Assembly (NCBI GenBank): GCA_905331295.1
Contig: CAJNYD010000117.1
Location: 124,001 to 188,000, forward strand
Source: Rotaria socialis
Taxonomy: Eukaryota
Direction of reading: 5' to 3'
Length of the DNA stretch: 64,000 nt
Below, one piece after another: positions 27,348 through 41,153 of the stretch. Both the position numbers and the translations under genes were made by a program. Each line of letters opens with the position of its first letter. Position 1 is the stretch's first letter. The notes under the pieces are model-generated. The model saw only the letters and a list, made by a program, of their open reading frames with translations. It did no database searches and was not told the origin of the DNA.

Positions 27348-30300
27348 TAGTTTTCAAGTATTTTATTGAGTTCTTAGAAAATGATCAAATTTGTCGAGAA
27401 ACAAAAAGAAAACAACGGGTTCATCATACGAATCTGTCTCGTCTTTTTTCATCAAATACAATTCTTTTGTATTTACAAAGAGAAAAAAGAATCGATTGAC
27501 ATAATAAATAATCTAATCCTAAATCTCAAAAAAGAAAGAAACCTACGGATTAACATCTTCTACTATTCATCCAACTTCTTCCTTTCTCTATTTTTCCCCA
27601 CCAAGAAGATAATCCAGCAAGAAAATTATGGCAACGATGAATTAGAATAAGAAGAAGTCTCCCCTTTTTTGTCGCATCGAAACGCTCGTTCATTATTTTT
27701 CTACTGACTCTCAACTGAAGAAGTCCATTGAACTTTCTTCAATACTATATATAAAAATTACGCACGAGAAATAAAAAGAAAAGCAGAGACCCTCCGCCTC
27801 TGACATTCAAAATTTAGCGAACTCTTTTTCTTCCAAAGTCTGAGGTGCAAATATAATGTACTTGATTGAATAATAAGAAGAAGAAGAGGAGAATGATTTT
27901 TCTCGAAAAAAAAATTGACTATACAAGCATATGAAGTATGATGCGACTACGATACGCTTTAGCACTTCAGGCTATTAAACAGAAAATCGAACTGTTTAAG
28001 TTTTTAATCGTAGGAAAGCGAGAAAAACCAAGTAGCATATCAACAACAAAAAAACTCAACATTGTAAGTAGTTTATTTTTTTCTTTTCAGAAGAAAAAAG
28101 CGTCGGAGAGCTTTGATGGTTTTAGTTTTCACATATTAAGAGTCAAATAGAATATTAATAGCTTTATTATGTATTCTGTTCTAAGTTCTTCTCGTCTTGA
28201 GCACTAAATTCAAATCAACAACCAGTCAGTCGTACAAAGTACAAACATCTCCGGCGACGTGTCAATCAGTCCGAATATGAGCTAACTGTGGAAATAAAGA
28301 TTAGATGTACGCAGTTTTCTGCCAGCATCAATTATTTTCGATGACGACTCTAGTCAAACGAATTGAATAATCTCAAAGCATAAGAGCAACGGGGACACAG
28401 AAAAAAAAGAACTACGAAATATTTAAAACTATCAATAAATCGGCTAGATATTGATGGAACGAAAAACAAGATCTTTAAACATCTTTCTTACACTAAAAAT
28501 CGATATAATCTCTTTATTCCAATTAACTTATTTGAATAAACATTAGCAATTCATCACACCCTCATATCATGACAATCAGGATATATCTTATCTCATGTAA
28601 AATCACTTGATTCACTGCTAAGCACGCATATTTTTTGTTTCATTAAAATGTAAAAAGTAAAACTACACTTTCTCGTGCCAACGTTGAATCATAATCTTGA
28701 AAAAAGGCGACATCCTACAATTCTCGTGAAAAAAAAATAGACAATAAAACTATCCTGATTCTTTTACGCAGAGAATGCTTTCTTATGATTTCAATTAAAT
28801 ATACTTGCCTGGTAATAAATGATTACCCCTTAGTAATTCTGTTAATTCAACTCGTATTGCCAACCGTTTGAATCTCATTCTCTTAATACAAACTTCATTT
28901 ATATATATATATATTTGTATGTTTGTAGATCAAACAATGTATAGTACTACATTGAGACACATAATGTCAGAATGCATTCTAGAACTAGATGATGTGTTGA
29001 AAGAGTATGTTTCGAAGGCTAATTCGTCCACAATAGATAACGATGAAAGAAAGAAATCTATGCGGCAAGATAAACTAAATTGCTATGTGGAAGTTCGTGT
29101 TGGCTTGGCTTCTATTCAATATTAGAATAATCTAATACGAGCAAGCTAATTGAAAAAACAAAGATATCCTTGTTAAGCAGTATTAAATTTCTTCAAACAT
29201 TCTCAATTAACCTTCAGTAATTGACAAGCAAAAATAAATCCCATTTCTGTTCTTGACAAACTTTTCTTTCCGTCGATGTTTTTGACATAAAATTGTCAGA
29301 CAAAAACAAAATATATAATTCATTGTGGAGATGAATAGAACGACGTGCTAATACTTTCTTAGACAACTGCATCACTCATGCGAAAATGAATTGATGAAAC
29401 GCCACTTCTTTTGAATGAAAAATGAAGAAAAGATAATCGAAATCTAAGAAAAATCATCTCAAAATATCTACACTTTTTAGCTGTTTCAAATAAAATATCA
29501 TTTTATATATTAGATCAAAATAAAAAAATATTGTTTTTCTTTTCTTTCAAATAGAATCCTTGACAAAGATAATGTTTATTATTATTCATTGTACAATAAC
29601 AACATTTATTTACATGAAATAGGCGAAAAAAATATCTTGTTTGACAGAATGCCGAACATTGTTATCAACACTATTTTTTTCTTCCTCCTTCTATAGGATA
29701 CTCAATAATAAGTGATCGAAAAAAACAATCACATGAATTTATCTTCAATGCCATCCAACTTGTTTATTTGATTTTCATTAGCGAGACAGACAACTCCTGT
29801 ATAGATAATACAATGATTTGAGATAACAATTTGACCATGAGGTTAATTGTAACGAAACGAAAGAAAACATAATTATACTATTCAGAATAACCTTTGAACA
29901 ACAAACGACATTGAAGCATTCACGCGATGAAGGTTCCTTCATGTTTTTGTAAGACGATACATGCATGTATATTGAAATACTTCATGGTCATCATTCATAG
30001 GTTCTTATTCTCACTCGGAAATATTCGATGCCTACACGTCTTGTATACCAGCACATAACTGAACAATATGAAATTCAAATAGTTGACTTGGAGAAAAAAA
30101 TCGAGAGAATTTTTCGTAGCTAATCATTAGTAACAAGCAGAGTAAACTTTTTTTTCTTGAGATATTTTACAGCTATTCGACAATGTCATCGAATGAAATA
30201 TTTCTTCTATTCTTTGCTCTGGCTAGTCATAATCTATGGTATTCATATAATTAAGTGAATTGTAATGGATCGTTAAATGAGTAAATAATGGTAATCACAT

Positions 30301-31603
30301 TGCACGTATATAGCATAGACTATGATGAGATAATTATGTAATCTTGTAGAATTCGATATCTAAACATATGTTTGCCACAGGCACAGTATAGTCTGTTCAA
30401 TATTGTTATTATTCTTCATGTAACAACGTTGCCCGTCAGACTATTTATGCGTGTACGCAGGCTATCCTATGAGCATACTATCCTTAACATCTGTCATTGA
30501 CAAAAAAAGCCGAAGAGTTTAATAAGGTTTTTTTTAAGGATTCCATATTAATCTTTCGAGCCCTAGAAAGAAACATTTTGTCCAATAAAACTATGAGATA
30601 AAGGGGTTAAAATTTCACCTGATATTAAAAAAACCGCATATATTCTTCTATATTTTAAGCATACTTTATTTAATCGAGCCTCATTAGAAGACATAATTGG
30701 ATGGAAAATCATAATTGCAAGGTTACTACTATGAATATTTTCTTATTAGCACCGTTTAATGTTCATTTTTGGTTTGTCGGTTGGGCTACTAAGCCCAGGG
30801 AAAAGACTTCAGTTCTTGTATTTTCATTCTCTATTTTAATATAATCCTTCTCTTCTGATTATCCAATGCACGCATCTTGTTTCATATATTAATCATAAGC
30901 CATCATCTGACTAAAACAGTGCTTTAAGCAGAATATCTGATATGATTATGATTGAAAATTATATGTTCAGCTTCCATGATCTTTTAATAGGACAATCCGA
31001 TTTGATTTAATTTATTAAAAAGTTAAATGGAACATTTATTGAATTGAGAGAAGAACTAGAATATATGCTAGTTTGGTTATTCAAAAGGAAACGACAGAAC
31101 AAATATTCTAATCGATTAGGTTGATTGGCATACAAGAGAGACAGACGGGGGGAGAGAAAAAGGAGAATGCACCCATCTATTACGTAATCCGAATAGCAAA
31201 ACTGTTTTCCGACTACTCGACTACAAACAGTTCGGTCGAGTAGTTATGTCAATTAGACAAAAAGAGAATGAATCAATGAATCAATGAGAATAATTGGAAT
31301 CGTTGCATATGTATGTAAAACGACCATCAAATTATAATTTGATTTTTTTTTGTGGTAGCTTAGTTTCTTAGTTGATTTATGCAACCGCTTCTCTATGCCG
31401 TATCATCCCAAACGAGAAAAAAAGAAGTCGCCTCAGTTTTCTCCTACGCACAATATAATCATGAAATTGAACTTCCTGAGAGCTACAGGGTTTGATAATC
31501 AAAAAAAAAACAAAAGTTACTAAAGAACTCTATGCGTATTATAGGTAAGTAAATTTTATAATTGTAATTCTTTACCCGCACCAGAGTTCTAAACTATTTA
31601 ACC

Positions 31604-31946
31604 TTTTTCTGTGTACTCAAAAAAAAAATGAGTACACACTAGATTCGGTCAGTGTGTCCGTCCGGCCGTTAACACGATAATCTTTGAAAGCCTCATCCAA
31701 TTGCCATGAACTTGCGTACACATAATGATCTCATTAATATCTCAGTCGAGTTCGAAGATGAGAAGGATCCGTCAAGAAATGACTGAGTTATCGAAAAAAT
31801 TGTCAGTATTGACCAGACCATCCCTGATGGGGGGGGGGGGGGGGAGAGGGGATTTTTTTTCTTAGAATTACTCACAACATATATAAATCGACTCAGTTTT
31901 TGCCGTACACATAACAATCGGATGCGAACCCGATGTTTCCTCATTT
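31604..31946 (+). mobile_element. DINE-1/HINE-like element, shorter variant (copy 3)
   Basis: GTGTACTC...GAGTACAC hairpin, GTGTCCGTCCGGCCG, the shared core GAGTTCGAAGATGAGAAGGATCCGTCAAGAAAT, and 3' CCGTACACA plus an ATCGG...CCGAT stem-loop. Lacks ~180 bp of the 3' interior found in the other copies. Confidence 0.7.
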
Positions 31947-32802
31947 ATTTTAGTTTTTGCTAATGATAAAGAGCAATTCTTGTCATTTTTTTAGATTCTG
32001 GCTTTAACAGTAGTTGTAAAACAAAAGAATAGATATCTATTACTAATTCAAATATCTTCTATTCGTTATTTTCTTTTTTAATATGACTTAAAGTAACTCG
32101 AAAACGTTATCCATCTTTGATATTATCATAATCATTTTAATAATTGCTTTACGTTTATTTTACAGGCGTGTATCAATACGATTGAAAGAAGATGAATGTG
32201 TTGGGTTGCGCTATGTGTATATGTGTGTCTTTTCATGCGGATACGAATATATAGCTATATAATACAACGAGAAAATGACTCCTAATTAAAACTAAAGCGA
32301 GTCACGCTCTATCGCCAACTACTATGATCAACGCTCTCACATTCATAAGTATTAGTTTTAATCTTATGACACTAATATTAATCGGCACACATGAAAAAAA
32401 TTGTTCTTCAAAACAGTAAGAAATATATAGTATATACCGATAGAGATGTAGAGAATTTTTTCTATCTCCATTTTGTATAGTAACTTCATGCAGAGAATTT
32501 CCGCGCGCGGCAGAGAGAGAGGGAGAGGGAGAGGGTGGGAGAGAGAGACGCATATATTCAGGAGTAAATATAATGTAGATTTAACTTCTGATATAATTGT
32601 TATAACGTCTAATTTCTTGTGCAAGAGTCTGACAAAAATACTACTATAGACTTTACATTGATATGTACATTAGAGTAGACCTTCATCGATGACAACCTCA
32701 TTCCACCTAACGATACATCGGAAAGCGTCTGATAGTAATCTCTTTTGCTTGTTTACCTATTTCTTTATTTTAGTTATAGATATGTAAACATTTATCATCA
32801 CG

Positions 32803-34830
32803 ATGAATACTACAATGACAAATTTCGATTATATTTCTAATAATCGTTTCGTTCAAATAGCTGCGCGTAGTGAAGAATTTATTTTACCATGTTTATTATT
32901 GATTGGAACTACATGTAATACATTAACATTTGTTGTTATGAGACGCGGTCGTATGCGGCATTCATCATCATGTTTCTATATGGCTGCATTGGCTATCGCC
33001 GATACATTTGTTCTATGGATTGGTTGTTTCAATCGTTGGTTAGAATTATTAGAAAAACAAAGACCAATTTTAGCTTGTAATATGTGTTGCAAATCTGGCA
33101 CGTTTGCATTTTTTCTATTTGCAGATTGCAGGTAAGAAATAATTAGATTTCTTTCTTTGAAAACTATTTGCTCTCATTAAGAAGATCATTGAGTAGAGAA
33201 CTAATTGTCCTATTACACATAGCTATTGTAATACCTATGAAACATTATCCTGAAAGAATCTTCAAGTGAGATTATGTCCTTACACTCGTGACAAGCTGAA
33301 TCGGTAATCAACCGGAACTTCTATTAAAAAAGAGATAATTATCACAATGTTGCATCTTTGTAACAGGAAACATTTCTGATTCGTCAAGATTGAAAATCAT
33401 ACTTAAAAGCTCACGAAGTGTAAAACAAACACGGTGATAGGCTACTGAAAAAAATTATGTTTCTATACAAGTTACTTAAATATTTGCAAACATTTATTTT
33501 CTAGCGTATGGATAACAGTTGCAATGACATTCGAACGATACATAGCTGTTTCTCAACCGCTTCGTGCTAGCCAAATTTGCACTATAAAAAGAGCACGTTA
33601 CATTCTTTTAAATATTTTTATGGTATTCTTTTTAATCAACGTACATTTTTTATGGACATTTCATTTATCATCAACCGAGTTTCATTGCATACCCTTGAAT
33701 CAAGAGTCTGTGTTTCTAAAATATTTTACATGGTTTGATTCATTCAAATATTCATTTTGTCCGTTTACGTTATTAATAACATTGAATATATTAATTATAA
33801 AGAGTTTATTAAATGCTCGAAATAAAAATAAATTATTGGAACAACAAACAACAAGTACTTCTAATAATAATAATAATAATAATAATAACATAAATAGTAA
33901 AACATCTTCAATATCATCGTCGTCGACATCAACAACGAATAGTGGAAATGTATTAATAAAAAAACTTCAAAAAAAACAATACCAACATTTATCAACAAAA
34001 GCATTAGCATATCGACGTGTCAATCGTCGATTAACAACCATGCTATTAACTGTATCATTTGCATTTTGCATTTGTTCAATGCCTATATCAATCATGCAAT
34101 TAATTGATGCCATCTATTCTGATATAGGACAACGTTCAAAGCAAATGAACATTGCTATTACTATAGGAAAAATCGTAGCCGAAATTTCTCAATATGTAAA
34201 TCATTGTAAGTTTTCTTCATATTTAATTATCGAAAAATCGTTCTACTTCTTTTCTTTTAAATTTTAGCTTCGAACTTTTTTCTGTATGCTTTTACGGGCC
34301 GAATATTTCGCCATGAACTCTGGCGATTATTTACTTGTTCTCGCTATAGATTCTTTTCTACATCATCACAACGTTTAAGACATCGAGCAAAAAAAATGAT
34401 GTCCTTTCATAATCCAACACAAGGTTTACATGAACACTTTTATTCGCATGGCCGATGTCATACAAAAATAGTTATTGCACCTAAACATTTGTTAAAAACG
34501 CCAGACAATGATCATTATCGAGAAAGTATTTCTAGTACTTATTCATTTTCGCATATGCCTGTAACAAAACAAAGTTTACAATATCAAAATGAGAAGTTTC
34601 TAACGTTACATCATCATCTACCAATTTCTAAACGTTCAATATCGGTAACACGGACGACATCAGTTATGCTACCGGATTCACCATCAGCATGCGTCCGACA
34701 AAGAACTGCGCTTGTTTCATTTGTTGAAAAAATAAAAAATGATCAAACAACACCTTTGTTTTGTTCATCAACTAAATTTCAAACTATTAAACCTTATGGC
34801 CTAACTGATACGACGCCGAGTTCAATGTAA
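32803..34830 (+). CDS. Class A peptide-type GPCR, paralog of the 22855-24708 gene, ~530 aa
   Basis: Exons 32803-33131, 33505-34205, 34268-34830. Motifs: GTTCN, LAIAD, TFERYIAV, FCICSMP, NHSSNFFLYAFTGRIFR. A poly-Asn tract lies in ICL3. Confidence 0.9.
33862..33891 (+). repeat. (AAT)n microsatellite encoding poly-Asn
   Basis: TAATAATAATAATAATAATAATAATAAC within exon 2 of the GPCR. Confidence 0.9.
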
Positions 34831-35355
34831 AACATAATAAAGATTTATTCAGTTCTTTTGTTTATATATATATCAAACAGTAATTCTCAATTGTGTGCAA
34901 TTTGAATTTTATCATAAATAAATAATATATATGTATTGATTTCTTTTATTATTTACGTTGTGTATTTCATGATCAACATATGCTATCACTGTAGAAGTGT
35001 TTGAAGAAGTGAGTGTCGCGTTAAGCACGCCTCTTCCCTAGTGACGTTCGCGTGCATCTAGTGCTTGACGACTATTGATGGCAAGAAAAAGCAAAGATTT
35101 TTATATTGTGATGATTTCTTCATGTCATATGTAATAAGCAAATAGGACAGTTCGATTGCAAAGCAAACTTTTTAAAGCTTTTGATAAAACAATCTTGATT
35201 CTGTAAGTTTCTATTCATTTTAAAGCCATCTAGTCAATATACTCAATAATCTTATCAGATATTATCTTGGCGTAGGCATTATTTCATTAATAAATAGAAT
35301 GTTTGAAGGTTTCTTGCCTACATAGATCAAAATCGAAGAATTATTAAACATCAAC

Positions 35356-37725
35356 ATGATGAAAGCCATCATTATTTTCCTATTAATTTCGATTAAATGC
35401 AACCATTTATACGGATTAATTACTCTTTTCAATTGTACGTTCGATAATGGACTTGTTGATGATTGCAATTTCCCAGCAGTGCTTACCGTAGCCGACACCC
35501 TTGATATAGACATAGGCTACACATTAACTGATGGTAGCATCACTCCACCTGGTCGACCTCTATCCGATGCTTCATCTGTGTGTAAGCTAAATAGAATATT
35601 CTAGAAAAAACGAATACACTCACTTTCTTTATAATTCTAGTTTTGCCTACAGACAACGGAGAAACGTGTCTATTTCCGTACGAGTTAAATGGATGGGATA
35701 TGCATTTTTGTCTATTTCAAGAAAATACAAATGATTCCACATGTCCTACAAAATCGGGAAATCAAACATGCGCTCGAGGTTATTTTTAAAAATATATATT
35801 AATCCGATTTTTTAAGATAATAGTTCGAAAAAATAGGTCTATATGGATATAAGACTACCGCGGATCCATTGGGTTTTCTTGACATTTACAGATCAGTTCA
35901 AACGATAATTGTTAATTCAACTGATGAAGAATTATGTCTTAGTTTTTACTACTATTTTACTAATAGTCTTCGAGAACCAAACATTACTATTGTGATGTCT
36001 GGACAATTAAATACATCGAACAGTGAAACTATTGTAAATGTAACAGCCAGTGGCGAAGATAGATGGTACTATAGCCAAACAACATTTATAGTACTACCAG
36101 ATACATATCGTGTACGATAGAGCTAAACATTTCCGAATGATATTTTTATTGATAATTGTTTTTTAGCTCACGTTGTATTTCCGTCGAGCTCCAGACGTTA
36201 GTGATACAACTAACTTTACGTTCGCTCTTGATAATATATCAATAACAACTGGATCATGTTGTAAGTAAAAGAATTTTATTTCCTATTTAGATAAGAATGT
36301 TTCATTCTAGTTAATGCTGCCAATGGTAGTGCAACAACAGATGCCTTGGCATTTGTAAGTTTGATCCATTTATATGAGATGTGCCAATTGAATTGATTTT
36401 TACTCTCTTTTTACAGTTCTTATTCAGAAAAGACATTTGATAGTAAATTTAACGCTAAAGATAATAATACGTAGTCTAAAAGCACAGTTTTGAATGCGAT
36501 AACTAATTTTTTCGTGTATACATTAATTAAAACTGTCCCGAAACTAGTATGGTAGTTCATTGAAGATCTAAAAGAGCTGCTCACAATGAATCGAATTCCG
36601 TGCTTAAATAATGATTGAATACCTCACTAGTTTGAATCCTTATTCAAAAATTGAAAAAGATCGTACTTCAACTGTATACAGCCATATCTTTGTGTCATAT
36701 TGTTTGGCTAGGATAGTTTATTTTGTAGAGTGAAACAGTTACTGCATCGGCGATTTCGGAAACACACACAACAGAACGGTAATATTATCTGATTTCGAAA
36801 AAACTTTGAAAAAAAAAATTTTTTTTATAGACTTCCTACTACTCAAATGATTGAATCGATGGCCACTAGTTTGAAGAACGAAACAGTTGCTGCATCTACG
36901 ATTTCGGAAACACACACAACAGAACGGTAATATTATCTGATTTCGAAAAACTTTAAAAAACAGTTTTTTTTATAGAGATACTACTGCTCAAATGATTGAA
37001 TCGGTGGCCACTAGTTCGAAGAGTTCTACAACGGTGTCGATCCTGCCCACTTATACTACCTCCAAGACTTCAACTACTACAACTCCACTGAGGACAACTT
37101 TGACTACTCACTCAACCACTACTCATTCAATTCGAACAACAAATAGCACTATTGTAAATACTACTGGACTAAAATATTATTTTATTAATGAAGGAAAATT
37201 TTCACAATTAGTTTCAAACATTCTGACCTAGACAGTAGGAGTTAAATAGCTTCGATTAGAAAGCTCAGAAGAAAGAAACAAACAAGAGAACTCGATCAGA
37301 TCGTCTCACCTGTGATAGAACTGAATTTGTTCACTTAAAAAAAAGACATTTTTCAATTCCTCATGAACATTTCCGTTTGATATTAGGAGCTAACATCTGA
37401 TGATGATCAATCTATTGTAGGCAAAAACAACGACAACTAATAACCCGACAAATATTCCTCCTAGAACTAGTTCTTCCACCACTCGTTCGCAAATGACTAC
37501 TTCTTCCACCACTCGTTCTCAAATGACTACTTCTTCCACCACTCGTTCTATTACAACAACATCCAAGACTTCAAGCAGTAGATCAACATGTAAGAAAATT
37601 CTTTTTACGAATAATATTTTTTTCTAAACTTGACTCTCATACTTAATATAACATTATATTTAGGGATTCCATCATTGATTTCCATCATCACTGTTTTGGT
37701 CTATACTTTAAAATTCACAATTTAA
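35356..37725 (+). CDS. Secreted/surface MAM-like domain protein with a Thr/Ser-rich mucin stalk and hydrophobic C-terminus (possible GPI anchor)
   Basis: Proposed exons: 35356-35581, 35641-35778, 35837-36111, 36167-36260, 36311-36354, 36729-36778, 36831-36926, 36976-37153, 37421-37589, 37664-37725. Signal peptide, FNCTFDNG..DDCNF, LCLSFYYYF, WYYSQTTF and FALDNISITTGSC (MAM-like motifs). Ends ...SSSRSTWIPSLISIITVLVYTLKFTI*. Confidence 0.7.
37471..37549 (+). repeat. 30-bp coding tandem repeat (TTSSTTRSQM)
   Basis: TTCTTCCACCACTCGTTC(G/T)CAAATGACTAC starts at 37471 and 37501, with a partial unit at 37531. Confidence 0.9.
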
Positions 37726-37965
37726 TTATTGAAATCAAAACAAAATCCTTCAAATCAACCTTTTTGAAAAGATTTCTGACAGTTCTATTGAATACAGTCA
37801 TTTTTTTTGTTTTTCTATATCTACAAGACTTTTTATCAGCTTATAATCATTGATAATTTCAATATGAAGAGTTAATTTTTAAATCAACAAGAAAAACAAT
37901 CGATTATCCATATAAACATTAGTATTTACGGTGAAAATGAAAATCAATCAATTGTAAAATATAAT

Positions 37966-38210
37966 TAGAGGTGTAAGCCGGCGCTTCGGTTGGCGGCGGC
38001 TCAAAGTCTTTGGACGCTGTTTTAAAAAATTTTCGTAGTTTTGAGAATTATGTAACAAAAAAGGGAAAAATGATAATATAGAACGTTCTTATTAACACCT
38101 GGATCAGTAGAATCCAAAATACTGCTTCTGAGTATCGAAAATATTCAAAAATTTAGTATTTCTGCTTATATGACGGTAGCGGCGGCTCAGCCGCTCGGCT
38201 TATATTTCTA
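37966..38210. mobile_element. Degenerate hAT-type MITE
   Basis: TAGAGGTGTAAGCCG...CGGCTTATATTTCTA termini, flanks AATATAAT / CATATAAT (7/8 match), and GGCGGC subterminal motifs. Confidence 0.7.
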
Positions 38211-38571
38211 CATATAATCATTTCTACACCGGCGTAGATTTAGTTTTAAATCAAGACCATGTCGGTACTGTTACTTAGAGTTTGGGTGTAGTGTGAAGGG
38301 ATGATCAACGCCTACACTCTCAAGATATCAAGGAAATCAAACAGTACAGATTTATGGAATAACTTTCCTCAATGTTACAAAACCATTTGAGTGTATATAC
38401 GATGGTTAAATGATCACGATGCACTTCGCTTCCCTTTTCTATCAGTACATTTTTCTGTTATCAGGCTGGTGAACTCGACGGCTATTCTTCCTTTGTTTGA
38501 ACATCATATTAGAGCGTATTCAAAGTTAAGAATTCGTTTCATAAACAAATTCATTCAATTGAAATTGAAAG

Positions 38572-41153
38572 ATAACTACGGTTGAACTTAGACGAAAATT
38601 AAGTTCTGATGATTCATCAGAAGCAAAAGCAAAGAAATTTCACAGTAAGATCTTCGCCTGGTAAATATAAAGTTATTTCTATGTTTTATTGCAATAGATG
38701 AGTTCGATCAATCCATCACTTATTTTGAAGATCTACCAAATGAAGTATTATGTGAAATATTTGATTATCGCCATCAATATTGTTTATGTGAAGAATTTTC
38801 AAACCTGAATTCTCGATTAGAACAACTTCTGCATTGTCCGTGTGTATTATCGAAACATTGTTTTTATTTATTTCAACATGACGGAGGTTTCAACACGTTT
38901 AAACAATTTATTTTTTTTCAATCGACATCAAATATTTTCTATACATGTAGATTTTGTATTTCAAGATTGTTACTTTTTTTGTCGTTTCTATTTGATTCAT
39001 CATTCGTTCGCTTTGAATCTATCTTTTTAAAGGCATTCAATCCGATAAACTTCTCTCGGTTCTCAATAAATTATCTTCTTTACCAAAAAAGAACAAGTCC
39101 ATGATATCTATCGATTGATATTTCTCTTACCTAAATTGAAATATTATCGAATTTCCTTTTCTGGTGAATGCCATTCAATTACACTTCCTATGGCTATAAA
39201 TAACCAAATCAGTCCTATTGAATATCTTGTTATTGGCCATTGTTGTTCTTTGAACGAACTTTCATCTCTAATTTCTTATACTCCGCAACTTCGTCAGTTA
39301 ACTCTTCATAAAACAAAACGAAATGATTCAAACAATACAATATTATCATCAATTACATTAATTAGTCTTAGCTCGATTTATTTGGATTTATGTGAAACAT
39401 CATTTAACGAAGTAGAAATGTTCATTACAAAAATATCTTCAAATTTAAAAAGTTTGTATGCTTTTTTATCAGTCGATCAGCGTTGGGAGCAATTAATTTT
39501 AAATTATTTTCCTCAGCTAGAAAAATTCTATCTAATGTACGCTGATCATATCGATAATGAACAAAATTATTCAATATATACTGAACAAATTGCTCAATTG
39601 TTTTCATCTTTTTGGATGGAACGACAATGGATATTAGAAACTGAACTTTGCGATACAGATATCGAATATATAATTCGCCTATACAGGTATATAGAAAAAT
39701 AATTTCAATGTCCAATGAATAATTTTTTTTCTTATAGGAAAAGATGGGTTGATGATGCAAAAGATGATATTGTTAATTGTTCTTTGGAACATTCTACATT
39801 TATGAATTTGACATTCGGATATGTTATTCATTCTATATACGAGCGAATAGTGTCCAAACAAATTGAACGTACTTTAGTAATAACAGCAATTTATCATTTG
39901 GAAATTCTAGAAAATATACCTCAATTTCTGCATTAGTTCAAACGATCAAACTACTACCAGAGTTAGTTACATTAAAAATTCATTCATTATCAATAGACGC
40001 AGCAATAGAATTAACTGTTAGAGAACTTCTAATTTTGTGTTCAATGAAACAGAAAAGTAAAATTACTAAAGTCTATCTTGAAGAGATTCGTGATGTTCAA
40101 GAAGTTGATTTTATTTTTACATTTTGTCCTTATATGGAATATTTCAAAATCGGATACATAAATACCAAGGGTCGTCAATCATTTTTACGTACTATTTTCA
40201 AGACTATTGATCACAATGATCATCACCATTTTCGTTCATTACGTATTCAGATTTCAACAACAGATGATCAAATTAGGAGCGTGAAGTTACTGTTATTAAT
40301 ACCAAAATGATAACAAATAACTATTTTTTTGAAGAATCCTCAACTTGAATTACTGTCTACCTCAATGATGTTAATTCTGTTAGGCTCCTCGGCCGAGCAG
40401 TCCGGCCTGGAAAAGCCTGGTTCCGGTTATTTCCGACCAATTCTTGTCGGAAAGGACCAGAACTTTGAGGGAGTCCGACCGTAGTTTTGACCGGAATACT
40501 GCTTCCATGTTCCAGCGATTTCTCGTGTTTTCTTGCAGGATATGGTGACTTTCCCGCATATTCTCTGGAGTATCCTACGGGATCCGGTGACCGAAATGTT
40601 CGACCTTTCCACACGTTTCTCACTGTTGAAAACAATAGAAGCTGACTGGCTTCTCAGGAAACTTTCACGATTCGAATCCATTGAACGCTACTTGATGCGA
40701 TAATGTAACTGAAGTTAAGTAAACTGTTCGAACAAAGGAAGAATTTTCATTTTCAGATGCTCAATAAATATTTCTGCCAACTATTGATCGTAATTTAGAA
40801 GCGTATGGCGCTTGTATATAGACCAATGCGTATTTTTAAAGATCACGATTGTTATAGTAAAGGAATAAGGGTGTGGGCGTATGTCTTTCTTCCCCCATAC
40901 CAACCCACACCCTAGACATCAATTCAAGTTGAGGGTTCTTCAAAAAAAGAAGTTATTTGTTACTATTTTGCTATTTTAATAACAATAACAGAATAGTCAT
41001 TGTTCTTGGTATTAATAACAACAAAATAACAATAACTTCTCACTCCTAGATCAAATAATTGAAAACATGGAAGAAATGATCAACTATGAAAAACTTCTTC
41101 CTCGTTTTACATTTGAGCGTATACTAAATACTGTCTATTTAAAATGCAAGTAA
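38572..41153 (+). pseudogene. F-box/LRR-like pseudogene (frameshifts, stop, hAT insertion)
   Basis: FEDLPNEVLCEIFDY (F-box), LISYTPQLRQL, RWEQLI, FSSFWMERQW. Frameshifts lie near 38900-39100 and a stop at ~39934. The last exon resumes after the insertion as DDQI|IENMEEMINYEKLLPRFTFERILNTVYLKCK*. Confidence 0.8.
40274..41048. mobile_element. hAT-type non-autonomous element carrying a nested GC-rich MITE fragment (~40377-40610)
   Basis: TAGGAGCGTGAAGTTA...TAACTTCTCACTCCTA termini, a perfect 8-bp TSD GATCAAAT (40266-40273, 41049-41056), and extended internal inverted similarity (GAAGAATCCTCAACTTGAATT / AATTCAAGTTGAGGGTTCTTC). Confidence 0.85.

Noticed and set aside
37471..37549. Regular 30-bp repeats as a CRISPR-like array
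   Set aside because: There are no unique spacers. It is an in-frame Thr/Ser coding repeat in a eukaryotic gene.
40357..40681. GC-rich ORFs suggesting a transposase fragment
   Set aside because: They derive from a nested non-coding MITE fragment with CCGG modules, and no DDE motif is visible.
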